Shown here: positions 9,768 to 19,023 of the stretch, piece by piece
How the letters are laid out: every line of letters starts with the position of its first letter
How positions within the stretch are numbered: position 1 is the stretch's first letter
NCBI GenBank assembly: GCA_016874795.1
Contig: VGTG01000008.1
Span: 9,342-73,341, forward strand
Reading direction: 5' to 3'
Origin: Deltaproteobacteria bacterium
GTDB taxonomy: Bacteria > Desulfobacterota > Binatia > UBA12015
DNA: 64,000 nucleotides
Position numbers and translations under genes: made by a program
Notes under the pieces: generated by a model
What the model saw: only the letters and a program-made list of their open reading frames with translations
Database searches by the model: none
What the model was told of the DNA's origin: nothing

Positions 9768-10193
9768 ATGGCGAACCCTTCAAACCCTCTCTGGAACGAA
9801 ATACGGCGCCAGGGGCAGCGAATCCTCCACGCGGTTCAATCCGAGATCGCGGGTCTCGAGCAGCAACTCGATGCATTGCGCCGCGAGGCGGACCGTTGGC
9901 GGTCCGTGCTCCAGGGAAAGGGAGGCCCCATTCCGCGCGGTGCGGGCGGAAAGCTCGGCCGGGGCGGCTCGAAGCGTCATTCGATGGGCGGTCGCTCAGC
10001 GCTCTCGCGCGGTCCGAGCGTCGATTGGGACGCCGTCCTGAAGCGACTTCCGGCGACCTTTACCAGCGGGGATCTGGAAAAGTCGACGCCGAAGCTGAAG
10101 AGCCGCCCGCGCGCGCGCATCATGGCATTGGCGCGCTGGTCGAAGTTCGGCGCGATCAAGAAGGTCGAGAGCGGCAAGTATCGGAAGGCTTAG
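9768..10193 (+). CDS. Small basic protein: N-terminal coiled coil, Gly/Arg/Lys linker, C-terminal winged-helix-like domain (candidate nucleoid-associated protein)
   Basis: Strong RBS AAAGGAG before the ATG; heptad pattern VQSEIAGLEQQLDALRREA; C-terminus ALARWSKFGAIKKVESGKYRK. Function inferred from architecture only. Confidence 0.72.
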   Translation: MANPSNPLWNEIRRQGQRILHAVQSEIAGLEQQLDALRREADRWRSVLQGKGGPIPRGAGGKLGRGGSKRHSMGGRSALSRGPSVDWDAVLKRLPATFTSGDLEKSTPKLKSRPRARIMALARWSKFGAIKKVESGKYRKA

Positions 10194-10209
10194 GGGATAC
10201 GAAACCGCT

Positions 10210-11517
10210 TCAGGCGGAGTCGCGCGATGACTCGCGATAGACAGACACCGGTCGCGCGATTCCCTTGAGCTCGAGCGAGCCGGCGGGACGGAACCCGCCG
10301 ACGCCGTCGTCACCCGCGAGCGCGATGGTATGCGCGTCGGCGATCACCTCGCCCGCCGACGCCTGGGCGCACAGTCGCGAAGCGAGATTCACCGCCGGAC
10401 CGACCGCGGCGTACTCGAGGCGCGCCTCGCCGCCGATCGCTCCGACGGTCACGGGGCCGCTCGCGACGCCGACGCCGATGCCGAGTGCGGTGCCGGTTGC
10501 GGCGTGCAGGACCTCGGCGGCGCGATCCCGTCCCGTGATCGCCAGCACGAGTGCACGCCGGGCGTGGTCGGGCTGCGCGATCGGAGCGCCGACGAGGCAG
10601 AGGACGCCGTCTCCGGCGAAGTCCTTGACGGTCCCGCTGCAGTGCGTGACGACCTCGCCGATCGCCTCGTAGTACGCCTGGACGACCGCCATCACCTTCT
10701 CGGGCGCCTCGGACTCGGCGTACGGAGTGAACCCGCGGAGATCGAAGGCGACGACCGAGAGATCGCTTCTCCGGTGCTCCATCGCCGCGGCGAGGCCGCG
10801 CTCGCGCACGAGCTTCGCCACCTGCGGCGAGAGGAACCGGCCGAGGAACTGACCGCGACGGCCCTGGATCACGTAGTACTGCACCGAGCCGCCGAGGAAG
10901 AGGATCTCCCCGATCGCCGTCGTCGGGTACTCCCACGGCGGCTGCATCGGTACGCCGGAGAAGAGGAACGGCGTCGCCGCGACCGCGGCACGGAGCCGCA
11001 ATCGCTCCGCGGCGTCGACGTCGGATCGCGCGACGACCCACGCCCCCGAGCCGAGGAGAACGAGCGCGAGGAGGCTCGGTCCGAAGAGCAGCCAGAACGT
11101 CGGATCGAGGACGGCCGCGGCTGTCCAGGCGCCGCCGGAGTAGCGGAGGCGCGCTTCCAGGAAGAGGACCCCGCCCAGGCCGTAGACGGCGGCGCAAGCT
11201 TGCGCGGCGCGCAGCAAGCGCGAGCTTCGCGAGCGGCCCGGGCTCGACGGCGCGATCGTCTGCGCGATCCGGTAGAGCCACTCGCAGCCGGCGGCGAGGA
11301 TCGCCGTCTCGAGGAGCGCGGTCACGCGATCCCAGATCTCCGGCGCTTCCGTGATGCCGACGCCGCGCATGGGCGTCGATCCGACGGTGATCGCGAGCAT
11401 GCCGAGGGCGAGAGCGAAAGCCCGCGTGCTCGGCGAGTCGCGGTCGGCGAGGTAGAAGGACAGCGCGATTCCCGCGCCGAAGAGGCCGACGAGGATCGGC
11501 GGAAGCGCGGCGCTCAT
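10210..11517 (-). CDS. Membrane-bound class III adenylate/guanylate cyclase
   Basis: About 6-7 TM N-terminus; FDLRGFT, FAGDG, GVGVASG, VGPAVNLASRLC, LKG motifs; ATG overlaps stop of upstream SBP gene (ATGA). Confidence 0.9.
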   Translation of the reverse strand: MSAALPPILVGLFGAGIALSFYLADRDSPSTRAFALALGMLAITVGSTPMRGVGITEAPEIWDRVTALLETAILAAGCEWLYRIAQTIAPSSPGRSRSSRLLRAAQACAAVYGLGGVLFLEARLRYSGGAWTAAAVLDPTFWLLFGPSLLALVLLGSGAWVVARSDVDAAERLRLRAAVAATPFLFSGVPMQPPWEYPTTAIGEILFLGGSVQYYVIQGRRGQFLGRFLSPQVAKLVRERGLAAAMEHRRSDLSVVAFDLRGFTPYAESEAPEKVMAVVQAYYEAIGEVVTHCSGTVKDFAGDGVLCLVGAPIAQPDHARRALVLAITGRDRAAEVLHAATGTALGIGVGVASGPVTVGAIGGEARLEYAAVGPAVNLASRLCAQASAGEVIADAHTIALAGDDGVGGFRPAGSLELKGIARPVSVYRESSRDSA

Positions 11518-12833
11518 TCGTTCACGGCTCCGTCAGCCGCGGCGTCGCTCGCGTCGCTCGCGTCGCGCGCGCGCAGCCAGCGGCGCTTCTCGAGGATGCG
11601 ATCGGCGTCCGCATCGAGCGCGGCGAGCGCCGTATCGATCGTCGCGTCGCCGCGGATCGCCGCCTCCGCGTGCTGTGCGATCCGCGCCGCGATCCGCTCC
11701 CACTCCGGGATGCGCGGCGGCGGAACGACGCGCGCGAGCTGCGCGAAGAACGACGCGGCGCGTGGATCCTCCGTGATCCCGCCGTCGCTCCACGCGCTGC
11801 GCCGCGCCGGAAGGTCGCCGGCGCTCCGGTAGAACGCGATCTGCTGCGCCGGCTCCGTCAAGTACTCGACCCAGCGCCACGATTCCTCGCGATGCGTCGA
11901 GGTGCGCGCGACGGCGAGGCTCGCGCCGAGCGCGAGCGAGACGCCCGGTCCTTCGCCTTCGCGCGCGGGCATCGGCGCGGTCGTCCAGTCGCTCGCGAGC
12001 TCGGCGGGAAGGCGGTCGCGAAACTCGCGCAGGTTCCACGGGCCGGTGACGAGGAATGCGAACAGTCCTTCGGCGAAGCCCTGGTAGACGCTGCCGGCCT
12101 GCGCTTCGCTGCCGGTCGGTGCGAGCCCCTTCCGGAAGAGATCGACGTAGAACTCGAAAGCGCCCCGGAACTCGGGCGTCTGGAACGCCGCGCGCGTGTC
12201 GTCGTCGGCGAGGAGATGCGAGCCGTTCTGCAGCGCGAGGATCACCGGCGTCTCCCATTCGCCCAGGGGGAGGAGGATCGCGTGAGCGCTGTCGCCGGCT
12301 TCGCGGATGCGCGTCATGACCTCCATCCAATCGGACCACGTGCGCGGCGGCTGCGCCGCGCCAGCGCGCTCCAGGAGGTCGCTTCGATAGAAGAGGAGAC
12401 GCGTGTCGACGTACCACGGCAGGGCCCACGTCCGTCCGTCGACGACGCCGGCTTCGAGCACGCCGGGGAACCAATCCTCGCGCGCTCCGCTCCCCGAGGC
12501 GGCGAGCTCCTTTCCGAGCGGCTCGATCGCGCCGAGTACCGCGAGCTCCGCGATCCACGTGTTCCCGACCTGGAGGACGTCCGGCATGGCGCCGCCCGCG
12601 TAGGCGGTGACGATCTTCTCGTGCGCGGCGCTCCACGGGATCTGCTGCACGCGTACGCGGACGCCGGGGTGGCGCTCCTCGAAGCCGGGGACGAGCTCCT
12701 GCACGAGCTCGCCTTCGCGGCCCATCGCCCAGAACTCGACGACGGCCTCCTCGCGGCCGCTCCCCGCGCACGCGGCGAGGAGCAGGCACGCCAGAAAGAG
12801 CGGCATTCGCCTCGTCGGCCACGGGACTCTCAC
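11514..12833 (-). CDS. Sugar ABC transporter substrate-binding lipoprotein
   Basis: Lipobox LAAC; FWAMGREGE, QQIPWSAAHEK, PWYVDTRLLFYR; start may be ATG at 12806. Confidence 0.92.
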   Translation of the reverse strand: MRVPWPTRRMPLFLACLLLAACAGSGREEAVVEFWAMGREGELVQELVPGFEERHPGVRVRVQQIPWSAAHEKIVTAYAGGAMPDVLQVGNTWIAELAVLGAIEPLGKELAASGSGAREDWFPGVLEAGVVDGRTWALPWYVDTRLLFYRSDLLERAGAAQPPRTWSDWMEVMTRIREAGDSAHAILLPLGEWETPVILALQNGSHLLADDDTRAAFQTPEFRGAFEFYVDLFRKGLAPTGSEAQAGSVYQGFAEGLFAFLVTGPWNLREFRDRLPAELASDWTTAPMPAREGEGPGVSLALGASLAVARTSTHREESWRWVEYLTEPAQQIAFYRSAGDLPARRSAWSDGGITEDPRAASFFAQLARVVPPPRIPEWERIAARIAQHAEAAIRGDATIDTALAALDADADRILEKRRWLRARDASDASDAAADGAVNE

Positions 12834-12945
12834 CGGCTTGCGTCCCTATCACACGCCCCAGCATGGCTTGAGCGGAACCGAGCCGTTCCGGATGCCGTCT
12901 TCGGGCTGCTTTGACCGCGCTGGCCGATCCGGGCAGAGAAGTCGG

Positions 12946-13347
12946 ATGAGCACGAGCGGAGCGAGCCTGGCTGGCGCCGATCCCGGTCTGGTGCGGCTGA
13001 CGCACCTGATCTACGGCCTGCACGCCTTCAGCGCGTTGATGGGCGTCATCTCCTCGGCCGCGATCGTCGGCGCCTTCCTCACCGGTTGGCCGTCGATCCT
13101 GGCCGTCATCCTCAACTACGCCCGGCGGAGCGCCGTACGAGGGACCTTTCTCGAATCGCACTTCTCTTGGCAGATTCGGACCTTCTGGTGGGCTTTCGCG
13201 TGGGTTCTGTTCGCGTTCCTTCTCGCGATCACCTTGATCGGGATTCCGTTCGCGTTCATCGTCATCGCCTTCACCGGCTTGTGGGTGCTCTACCGGATCG
13301 TCCGCGGCTGGCTCGCGTTGAACGACGAGAGGTCGATCGGTGTATGA
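12946..13347 (+). CDS. Small membrane protein (DUF4870-like)
   Basis: Three hydrophobic segments; ESHFSWQIRTFW and YRIVRGW motifs. Confidence 0.72.
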   Translation: MSTSGASLAGADPGLVRLTHLIYGLHAFSALMGVISSAAIVGAFLTGWPSILAVILNYARRSAVRGTFLESHFSWQIRTFWWAFAWVLFAFLLAITLIGIPFAFIVIAFTGLWVLYRIVRGWLALNDERSIGV

Positions 13348-14855
13348 AGGGTGGCATATTCTCGTGGCCTCTCGCCCTGGCCGTCGCGGCACTCCTCGCG
13401 AGCTGCGGCGGTGGCAGCGGCGGATCGGATCCGGGCGAAGCGCTCTGTAGCGCGGAGCCTCCACCCGTGGCGTCCGGTCCATCACCTTCGCTCGGCGAGC
13501 GCGTCCTGCCCGCGTGGTACGACGACGCGAAGCTCGGGATCATGATCCACTGGGGACCGTTCGCGGTGCCCGCGTGGGCGGAGCGGACGCTCGATCCGGA
13601 GGTGATCTTCACGGATCCGACGAGCCCGGATTACTTCTTGACGCCGCAGGGAGTCGAGAGCTTCCTCCGCCGGAACCCGTACAGCGAGTGGTACTGGAAC
13701 TCGTCGTCGATCGAGGGCAGCGCCGCCTGGCAGCACCATCGCGACACGTGGGGCGCGGACTTCCCGTACGAGCGCTTCGCGGACCTCTTCGAGGAGACGC
13801 TCGGCGGTTGGGATCCGGAAGCGTGGGCGCGCACGTTCCGCGACGCCGGAGCGCGGTACGTCGTCCTCGTCACGAAGCACCACGACGGCTACACGCTCTG
13901 GCCGAGCGACGTCTCGAATCCGAATCGCGCGAGCTGGCAGACGCCGCGCGACGTCGTCGGCGAGCTCTCGGGCGCGGTGCGGCAGCAGTGCATGCGGATG
14001 GGGCTCTACTACTCGGGCGGCATCGACTGGACGTTCCGCGCGCCGCCATTCGCGTCCTTCAACGACGCTCTGCGGCTCACGCCGCCACAGGAGGAGTACG
14101 CACGCTACGTCGACGCGCACTGGCGCGAGCTGATCGACCGCTACCGTCCCGCCATTCTCTGGAACGACATCGGCGCTCCGCCGGCGACGGACCCCGAAGC
14201 CCTCTTCCGGGAGTACTGGAGCTCCGTGCCCGACGGCGTCGTCAACGACCGCTGGGCGAAGGGCCTCGGCCAGCCGAGCGGCTATCGCGACTTCCGCACC
14301 GCGGAGTTCGAGGTCCTCGAGGACATCTCGCCGGACAAGTGGGAAGCGGTCCGCGGCATGAGCCGCGGCTTCGGCTTCAATCAGAACGAGGTGCCGGAGG
14401 ATTACGGGCCGCCGGAGAAGTTCGTCCACATGCTCGTCGACGTCGTTTCGAAGAACGGCAATCTTCTCTTGAACGTCGGGCCGCGTGGCGACGGCACGAT
14501 CCCCGAGGAGCAGCTGAGGATCCTGGCGACGCTCGGCTCGTGGCTCGGGAAGAACGGCGACGCGATCTACGGCACGCGCCCCTGGACGCACGCCACGGCA
14601 GAGACGGACGGCGGCGTCCCGGTGCGATTCACGCGCTCCGCAGACGGCCGCTTCGTCTACGCGACGTTCCTCGGCTCGCCGGCTCCCGGCGCCGTGACGA
14701 TCGAAGGCTTCACCGCTGCTCCCAAGCGCGTCCTGCTCCTCGACGGAGGGCAGACGGTGGACGCGACGAGCACCGCGTCCGGCTTACGCTTGACGCTTCC
14801 GCGTCTCCCGGCCGGGGAGCCCGCGCACGTGGTCGCGATCGAGCTGGCGGGCTGA
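13344..14855 (+). CDS. Alpha-L-fucosidase (GH29) lipoprotein
   Basis: ATG 13344 overlapping upstream stop; lipobox LASC; WYDDAKLGIMIHWG, TKHHDGY, LWND, NDRW, VSKNGNLLLNVGP. Confidence 0.92.
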   Translation: MKGGIFSWPLALAVAALLASCGGGSGGSDPGEALCSAEPPPVASGPSPSLGERVLPAWYDDAKLGIMIHWGPFAVPAWAERTLDPEVIFTDPTSPDYFLTPQGVESFLRRNPYSEWYWNSSSIEGSAAWQHHRDTWGADFPYERFADLFEETLGGWDPEAWARTFRDAGARYVVLVTKHHDGYTLWPSDVSNPNRASWQTPRDVVGELSGAVRQQCMRMGLYYSGGIDWTFRAPPFASFNDALRLTPPQEEYARYVDAHWRELIDRYRPAILWNDIGAPPATDPEALFREYWSSVPDGVVNDRWAKGLGQPSGYRDFRTAEFEVLEDISPDKWEAVRGMSRGFGFNQNEVPEDYGPPEKFVHMLVDVVSKNGNLLLNVGPRGDGTIPEEQLRILATLGSWLGKNGDAIYGTRPWTHATAETDGGVPVRFTRSADGRFVYATFLGSPAPGAVTIEGFTAAPKRVLLLDGGQTVDATSTASGLRLTLPRLPAGEPAHVVAIELAG

Positions 14856-14866
14856 GCGGGATCGAA

Positions 14867-15832
14867 ATGAGCGCGGACGTCGTCATCCGACGCATGACCG
14901 AGGCGGACGTGCCCGCCGCGGATCGGATCTTCCGCGCCGCGTTCGGAACGTTTCTCGGACTTCGCGATCCCTCCGCGTTCGCGGGCGACACCGACTACGT
15001 CGGCACGCGGTTCCGCGGCGAGCCCGAGGCAGCGTTCGTCGCCGAGGTGGACGGCGAGGTCGTCGGCAGCAATCTCGCGATCCGCCGCGGCTCGGTCGCG
15101 TTCTTCGGCCCGCTTTCGGTCGACCCTACGCGCTGGGAGGGCGGCTTCGCGAAGCGTCTCGTCGCGGCGACGGTCGACGTCTTCGATCGCTGGGGAACGA
15201 CGCACGCGGGGTTGTTCACGTTCTCGCAGAGCGCGAAGCACGTCGCGCTCTATCAGAAGTTCGGCTTCTGGCCCGACTCGCTGATGGCGGCGATGGCGTA
15301 CCCGATGGCGAAGCTCGCTCCGATCGGCGCCTCGCGCGACGCAGGCTCGTTCGCGCTTCTCTCGGCGATGGAGAAGGGGGAGGCGGAGGACGCGCTCGCT
15401 GCGTGTCGCGCGCTCGCCGGCTCGATCCATCCGGGGCTCGACGCGACCCGGGAGATGGAGCTCGCGCTACGCTTCGGGCTCGGAGACGTCGTGCTGCTGC
15501 AGGACGGCGGCTCGCTCCGCGCGTTCGCGCTCTGCCACTGCGGGGCGGGCTCGGAGGCCGGAAGCGGCGCGTGCTTCGCGAAGTTCGCGCTCGTCCGGCC
15601 CGGCCCCGGCGACGCGGAGGCCTTCGATCGTCTTCTCGATGCGTGCGTCGCGATGGCCACGGCTCGAGGTCTGGCGCATCTCGTCGTCGGCGTGAGCCTC
15701 GGCAGCCGCGCCGCGTACCGTCGTCTCCTGCAGCGCGGCTTCCGGACCGAGCTTCAGGGCGTCGCGATGCACCGCCCCGACGAGCCGGCGTACCACTCGC
15801 GCGATCTCTACGTCCTCGACGACTGGCGCTAG
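14867..15832 (+). CDS. GNAT family N-acetyltransferase (tandem domains)
   Basis: IRRMTEAD start; GPLSVDPTRWEGGFAKRL; LYQKFGF; second AYRRLLQRGF motif. Confidence 0.8.
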   Translation: MSADVVIRRMTEADVPAADRIFRAAFGTFLGLRDPSAFAGDTDYVGTRFRGEPEAAFVAEVDGEVVGSNLAIRRGSVAFFGPLSVDPTRWEGGFAKRLVAATVDVFDRWGTTHAGLFTFSQSAKHVALYQKFGFWPDSLMAAMAYPMAKLAPIGASRDAGSFALLSAMEKGEAEDALAACRALAGSIHPGLDATREMELALRFGLGDVVLLQDGGSLRAFALCHCGAGSEAGSGACFAKFALVRPGPGDAEAFDRLLDACVAMATARGLAHLVVGVSLGSRAAYRRLLQRGFRTELQGVAMHRPDEPAYHSRDLYVLDDWR

Positions 15833-17661
15833 AAACCGACGCCGATGAAGCCTTCGTCCGGAGGCTGGGGGAAGCCTTCGGCGACGTAGAGCTGCCCGAG
15901 CAGGATGAACATCTCGTTCTCCGTGCTCTCGCCCGCCGTGATCGGGCAAGCGTCGCACCAGCCGTCGCTCGCGCCCGGCGAGGAATCGCAGTCGACGTCG
16001 GCCTCGCACGGCTCGGCGATCCGCCCCGCGACGCACGCGACGGGCTCGCAATCGGTCGGAAAGAATCCCGCCGTCGCGCTGTCCGGGATCCGGGAAGCGC
16101 GCGTCACGGTCTCGACGTTCGGCGAGCCGTCCTCGTTCACGCCGTTGTTGAACGTCCCGCAGTAGCGGAGCGTGCGATCGCCGGCGTCGGACGAGTCGAA
16201 CGCGAGCGGCGGATCGAACGGCTGACGCGTCGGGTCCGCGTAGGTGAAGTTCTCGTAGAGGAGCGCGCCGTCGGGCGCTTCCACCCAGAAGCGCTTGCCG
16301 CGCTTGTGGTTGTGCGACGTGAGTGAGAAGAGCCGCGCGCCCTGCGGCAGGACGTGCGTCCCGCAAAACGTCTCCTCGGTGAACGGCGGATTGTTCGGCC
16401 GCAACACGGAGTCGATCGAGACGACCGCGACCACGGGGAAGCGCTGCTCCTGTGCGAAGTAGAGATTGATGCGTCCGTTCAGCTCGTGGTCCTTCGCCGT
16501 CAAGTTGAACGCGTGCGAGTTCCAGAAGGCGATGCCCGAGAGAGGCACCTGCCCGAAGACGCCCGGCAGGAGCCGCTGGAAGGCCTGCGCTTCCTGCGCG
16601 CCGCCGATGCTTCGTGTCTGCGACGGAATGCCGATCACGGAAGGCGGCCCGAAGCCGACGCAAGCGAACGAGTCGCGGACCTCGCTCCGGCAAATGCCGC
16701 TCCCACACGCGTCGAGATCGAGAGGATCGCACGGCTCCCCGCCGCGCTCGCCGGAAGCACAGGTCCATGCCCCGAACGCCGGGTGATCGATCTCCTCGAT
16801 CGGCACACCGGAGTGGCTCAGCACGAGGTGATGGCTCACCGGATCCTGACGAAGCTCCTGCGCCGAGATGCGGAAGAACTCGCCCGTCGGATCGAGGAAG
16901 CGCTCGGGCACCTTGCCGTGCAGGTCGTAGTAGGTCGCGAAGCAGACCTCGCGCTCGCGACCGGCCGCGAGCGAAAGGGGCGGCAGGACGAACTGCACCC
17001 CCTCGTCCGGTGCGGGCGGCTCGAGCGGGTCGATGGTGATCGGTTCCGGCGGCGGCAGACACGCATCGAGCAGGCTCTCCGTGCCGGGAACGGTGCCCGT
17101 CTGCGGCGCCCCCGCGGTGATCCAGAGTCGCACGGCTTCGAGCTCGCTCTCGCGGAGAGCCGGAAGGCCGCTCGGCATCGGAGCGCCATTGATCGCGACC
17201 GTCCCCGGCAGCGTCTTCGCCGCGAGCTTCAGATAGAGGTAGCTTCGCTCGCGATCGCCGGGGACCACGCGCGCGAGGCTCGAGCCGACCGACGGGATCT
17301 CGACGAGGTTCGACCAGGCGACGTCGGGGCGAAGGTCGAGGCCGCCGCTCGCCGCGGAGCCGTGGCAGACCTCCTGCGTGCAGCCGTGTCGCTCGAAGAC
17401 GACGGTCTGGATCGCCTCGAAGGTGCTGGCGAACTCCGCGCAGCTCCCCGGCGTCGGCGAAGGAGGGGACACGGGTGCTGCGACGTCGGTTGAATCGCCC
17501 GAGCCGCCGCAGCCGATGGCGCAGCCGAGAGCGACCGCGCGCACGAGCGCGAGCGCGGCGCGCGGAACGAAGAAGCGACCGTCGGCACGGGGGTGGGGTG
17601 CGACGGATCGACGGCGGGTTCTCGTGGTCTCTCTCACGTCTGGCGAATGGGTCGGACCCAC
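15829..17661 (-). CDS. Secreted/lipoprotein with CX4CH cytochrome-like N-domain and type II copper monooxygenase (PHM/DBH)-like domains
   Basis: IGC lipobox-like site; CTQEVCH...MPSG; SHHLVL, NSHAFN, SHNHKRG, ENEMF; start uncertain. Confidence 0.68.
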   Translation of the reverse strand: MGPTHSPDVRETTRTRRRSVAPHPRADGRFFVPRAALALVRAVALGCAIGCGGSGDSTDVAAPVSPPSPTPGSCAEFASTFEAIQTVVFERHGCTQEVCHGSAASGGLDLRPDVAWSNLVEIPSVGSSLARVVPGDRERSYLYLKLAAKTLPGTVAINGAPMPSGLPALRESELEAVRLWITAGAPQTGTVPGTESLLDACLPPPEPITIDPLEPPAPDEGVQFVLPPLSLAAGREREVCFATYYDLHGKVPERFLDPTGEFFRISAQELRQDPVSHHLVLSHSGVPIEEIDHPAFGAWTCASGERGGEPCDPLDLDACGSGICRSEVRDSFACVGFGPPSVIGIPSQTRSIGGAQEAQAFQRLLPGVFGQVPLSGIAFWNSHAFNLTAKDHELNGRINLYFAQEQRFPVVAVVSIDSVLRPNNPPFTEETFCGTHVLPQGARLFSLTSHNHKRGKRFWVEAPDGALLYENFTYADPTRQPFDPPLAFDSSDAGDRTLRYCGTFNNGVNEDGSPNVETVTRASRIPDSATAGFFPTDCEPVACVAGRIAEPCEADVDCDSSPGASDGWCDACPITAGESTENEMFILLGQLYVAEGFPQPPDEGFIGVGF

Positions 17662-17869
17662 CTATAGGCGGGACCGAGAGCGTCGTACAAGCGCCCATCC
17701 GCATCCACTCGACGGAAGAGCGCGGCGCCACCTCGATTTCGCGCTTGTCGCGACGCGGTGCGGCGAGCCGGCCGGTCGCAAAGCACGTGCCTCGTTGCAA
17801 GCGCGGGGCCGCTTTCGAGCCTTTCCCGGCGCGGCGAAGGAGGCTAGAGAGGCGGCCAGGAGGGCTTCC

Positions 17870-18991
17870 GTGCGCACGTCTCTTTGCGATCAGCTCGGTA
17901 TCGAGCTTCCCATCTTCGCTTTCACGCATTGCCGCGACGTCGTCGTCGCGGTCTCGAAGGCGGGCGGAATCGGCGTCCTCGGCGCCGTCGGCTTCACTCC
18001 GGAGCAGCTCGAGATCGAGCTCAATTGGATCGACGAGCAGATCGGCGGCAAGCCCTACGGCGTCGACATCGTGATCCCGGGAAAATACGAGGGGATGGGC
18101 GAGCTCGATCCGACGAAGCTCGAGGAGCAGCTTCGCGCGCTGATCCCCGAGCAGCATCGGCAGTTCGCGAAGAGGCTCCTCGCGGATCACGGTGTCCCCG
18201 AGCTGCCGCCCGAGGACAAGCACCACGAGCTCCTCGGCTGGACGGCGGCGACCGCGACGCCGCAGGTCGAGATCGCCCTGAAGCATCCCGGCGTCAAGCT
18301 GATCGCGAACGCGCTCGGCACGCCTCCCGACGAGGTGATTGCGCGTGTCCACGAGGCGGGACGTCTCGTCGCGGCGCTCTGCGGCAGCCCGCGCCAGGCC
18401 CTCAAGCACAAGGCCGCGGGGATCGACATCGTCATCGCACAGGGGACCGAGGGCGGCGGGCACACGGGCGAGATCGGAAGCCTCGTGCTCTGGCCGCAAG
18501 TCGCCGCGGCGGTCGCGCCCCTTCCGGTCCTCGCGGCCGGCGGGATCGGCCACGGCGCACAGATCGCGGCGGCTCTCGCCGTCGGCGCGCAGGGCGTCTG
18601 GACCGGCTCGCTCTGGCTCGCCGTCGAGGAAGCGGATGCGCCGCCCGCGCAGCGTCAATCCTACTTCGACGCGACGAGCAGGGACACGGTGCGCTCCCGC
18701 TCGTACACGGGAAAGCCGTGCCGCATGCTGCGGAACGAGTGGACGGACGCCTGGGAAGCGGCGGGCAACCCGTCCCCGCTCGGCATGCCGCTGCAGGGCA
18801 TGGTCACGATGGACGCCGTGTCGCGAACGCATCGCTACGCCGACAAGGCGCAGAAGGTCGCGTTCAATCCGGTCGGGCAGGTCGTCGGCATGATCGAGCG
18901 GGTCGAGTCCGTGCGCTCGGTGATGCAGCGGCTCACCGAGGAGTACCTCGCCGCGGTCGACCGGCTCGAGAGCCTGCAGCCTTCGCAGTGA
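17870..18991 (+). CDS. Nitronate monooxygenase family flavoprotein
   Basis: RBS AGGAGG then GTG; FTHCRDVV, KAGGIGVLG, QGTEGGGHTG, LAAGGIG, GVWTGS, SYTGKPCR. Confidence 0.9.
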   Translation: MRTSLCDQLGIELPIFAFTHCRDVVVAVSKAGGIGVLGAVGFTPEQLEIELNWIDEQIGGKPYGVDIVIPGKYEGMGELDPTKLEEQLRALIPEQHRQFAKRLLADHGVPELPPEDKHHELLGWTAATATPQVEIALKHPGVKLIANALGTPPDEVIARVHEAGRLVAALCGSPRQALKHKAAGIDIVIAQGTEGGGHTGEIGSLVLWPQVAAAVAPLPVLAAGGIGHGAQIAAALAVGAQGVWTGSLWLAVEEADAPPAQRQSYFDATSRDTVRSRSYTGKPCRMLRNEWTDAWEAAGNPSPLGMPLQGMVTMDAVSRTHRYADKAQKVAFNPVGQVVGMIERVESVRSVMQRLTEEYLAAVDRLESLQPSQ

Positions 18992-19023
18992 GACCTTGGC
19001 CGCGATAGAGAGCGAGCCCGCGC

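Noticed and set aside
13086-15832. Apparent long N-terminal extensions or fusions on the fucosidase and GNAT ORFs (also lipase 46142, murF 62063, kinase 59259)
   Set aside because: Extensions overlap neighbouring real genes in other frames; internal starts with signal peptides or stop/start overlaps fit better
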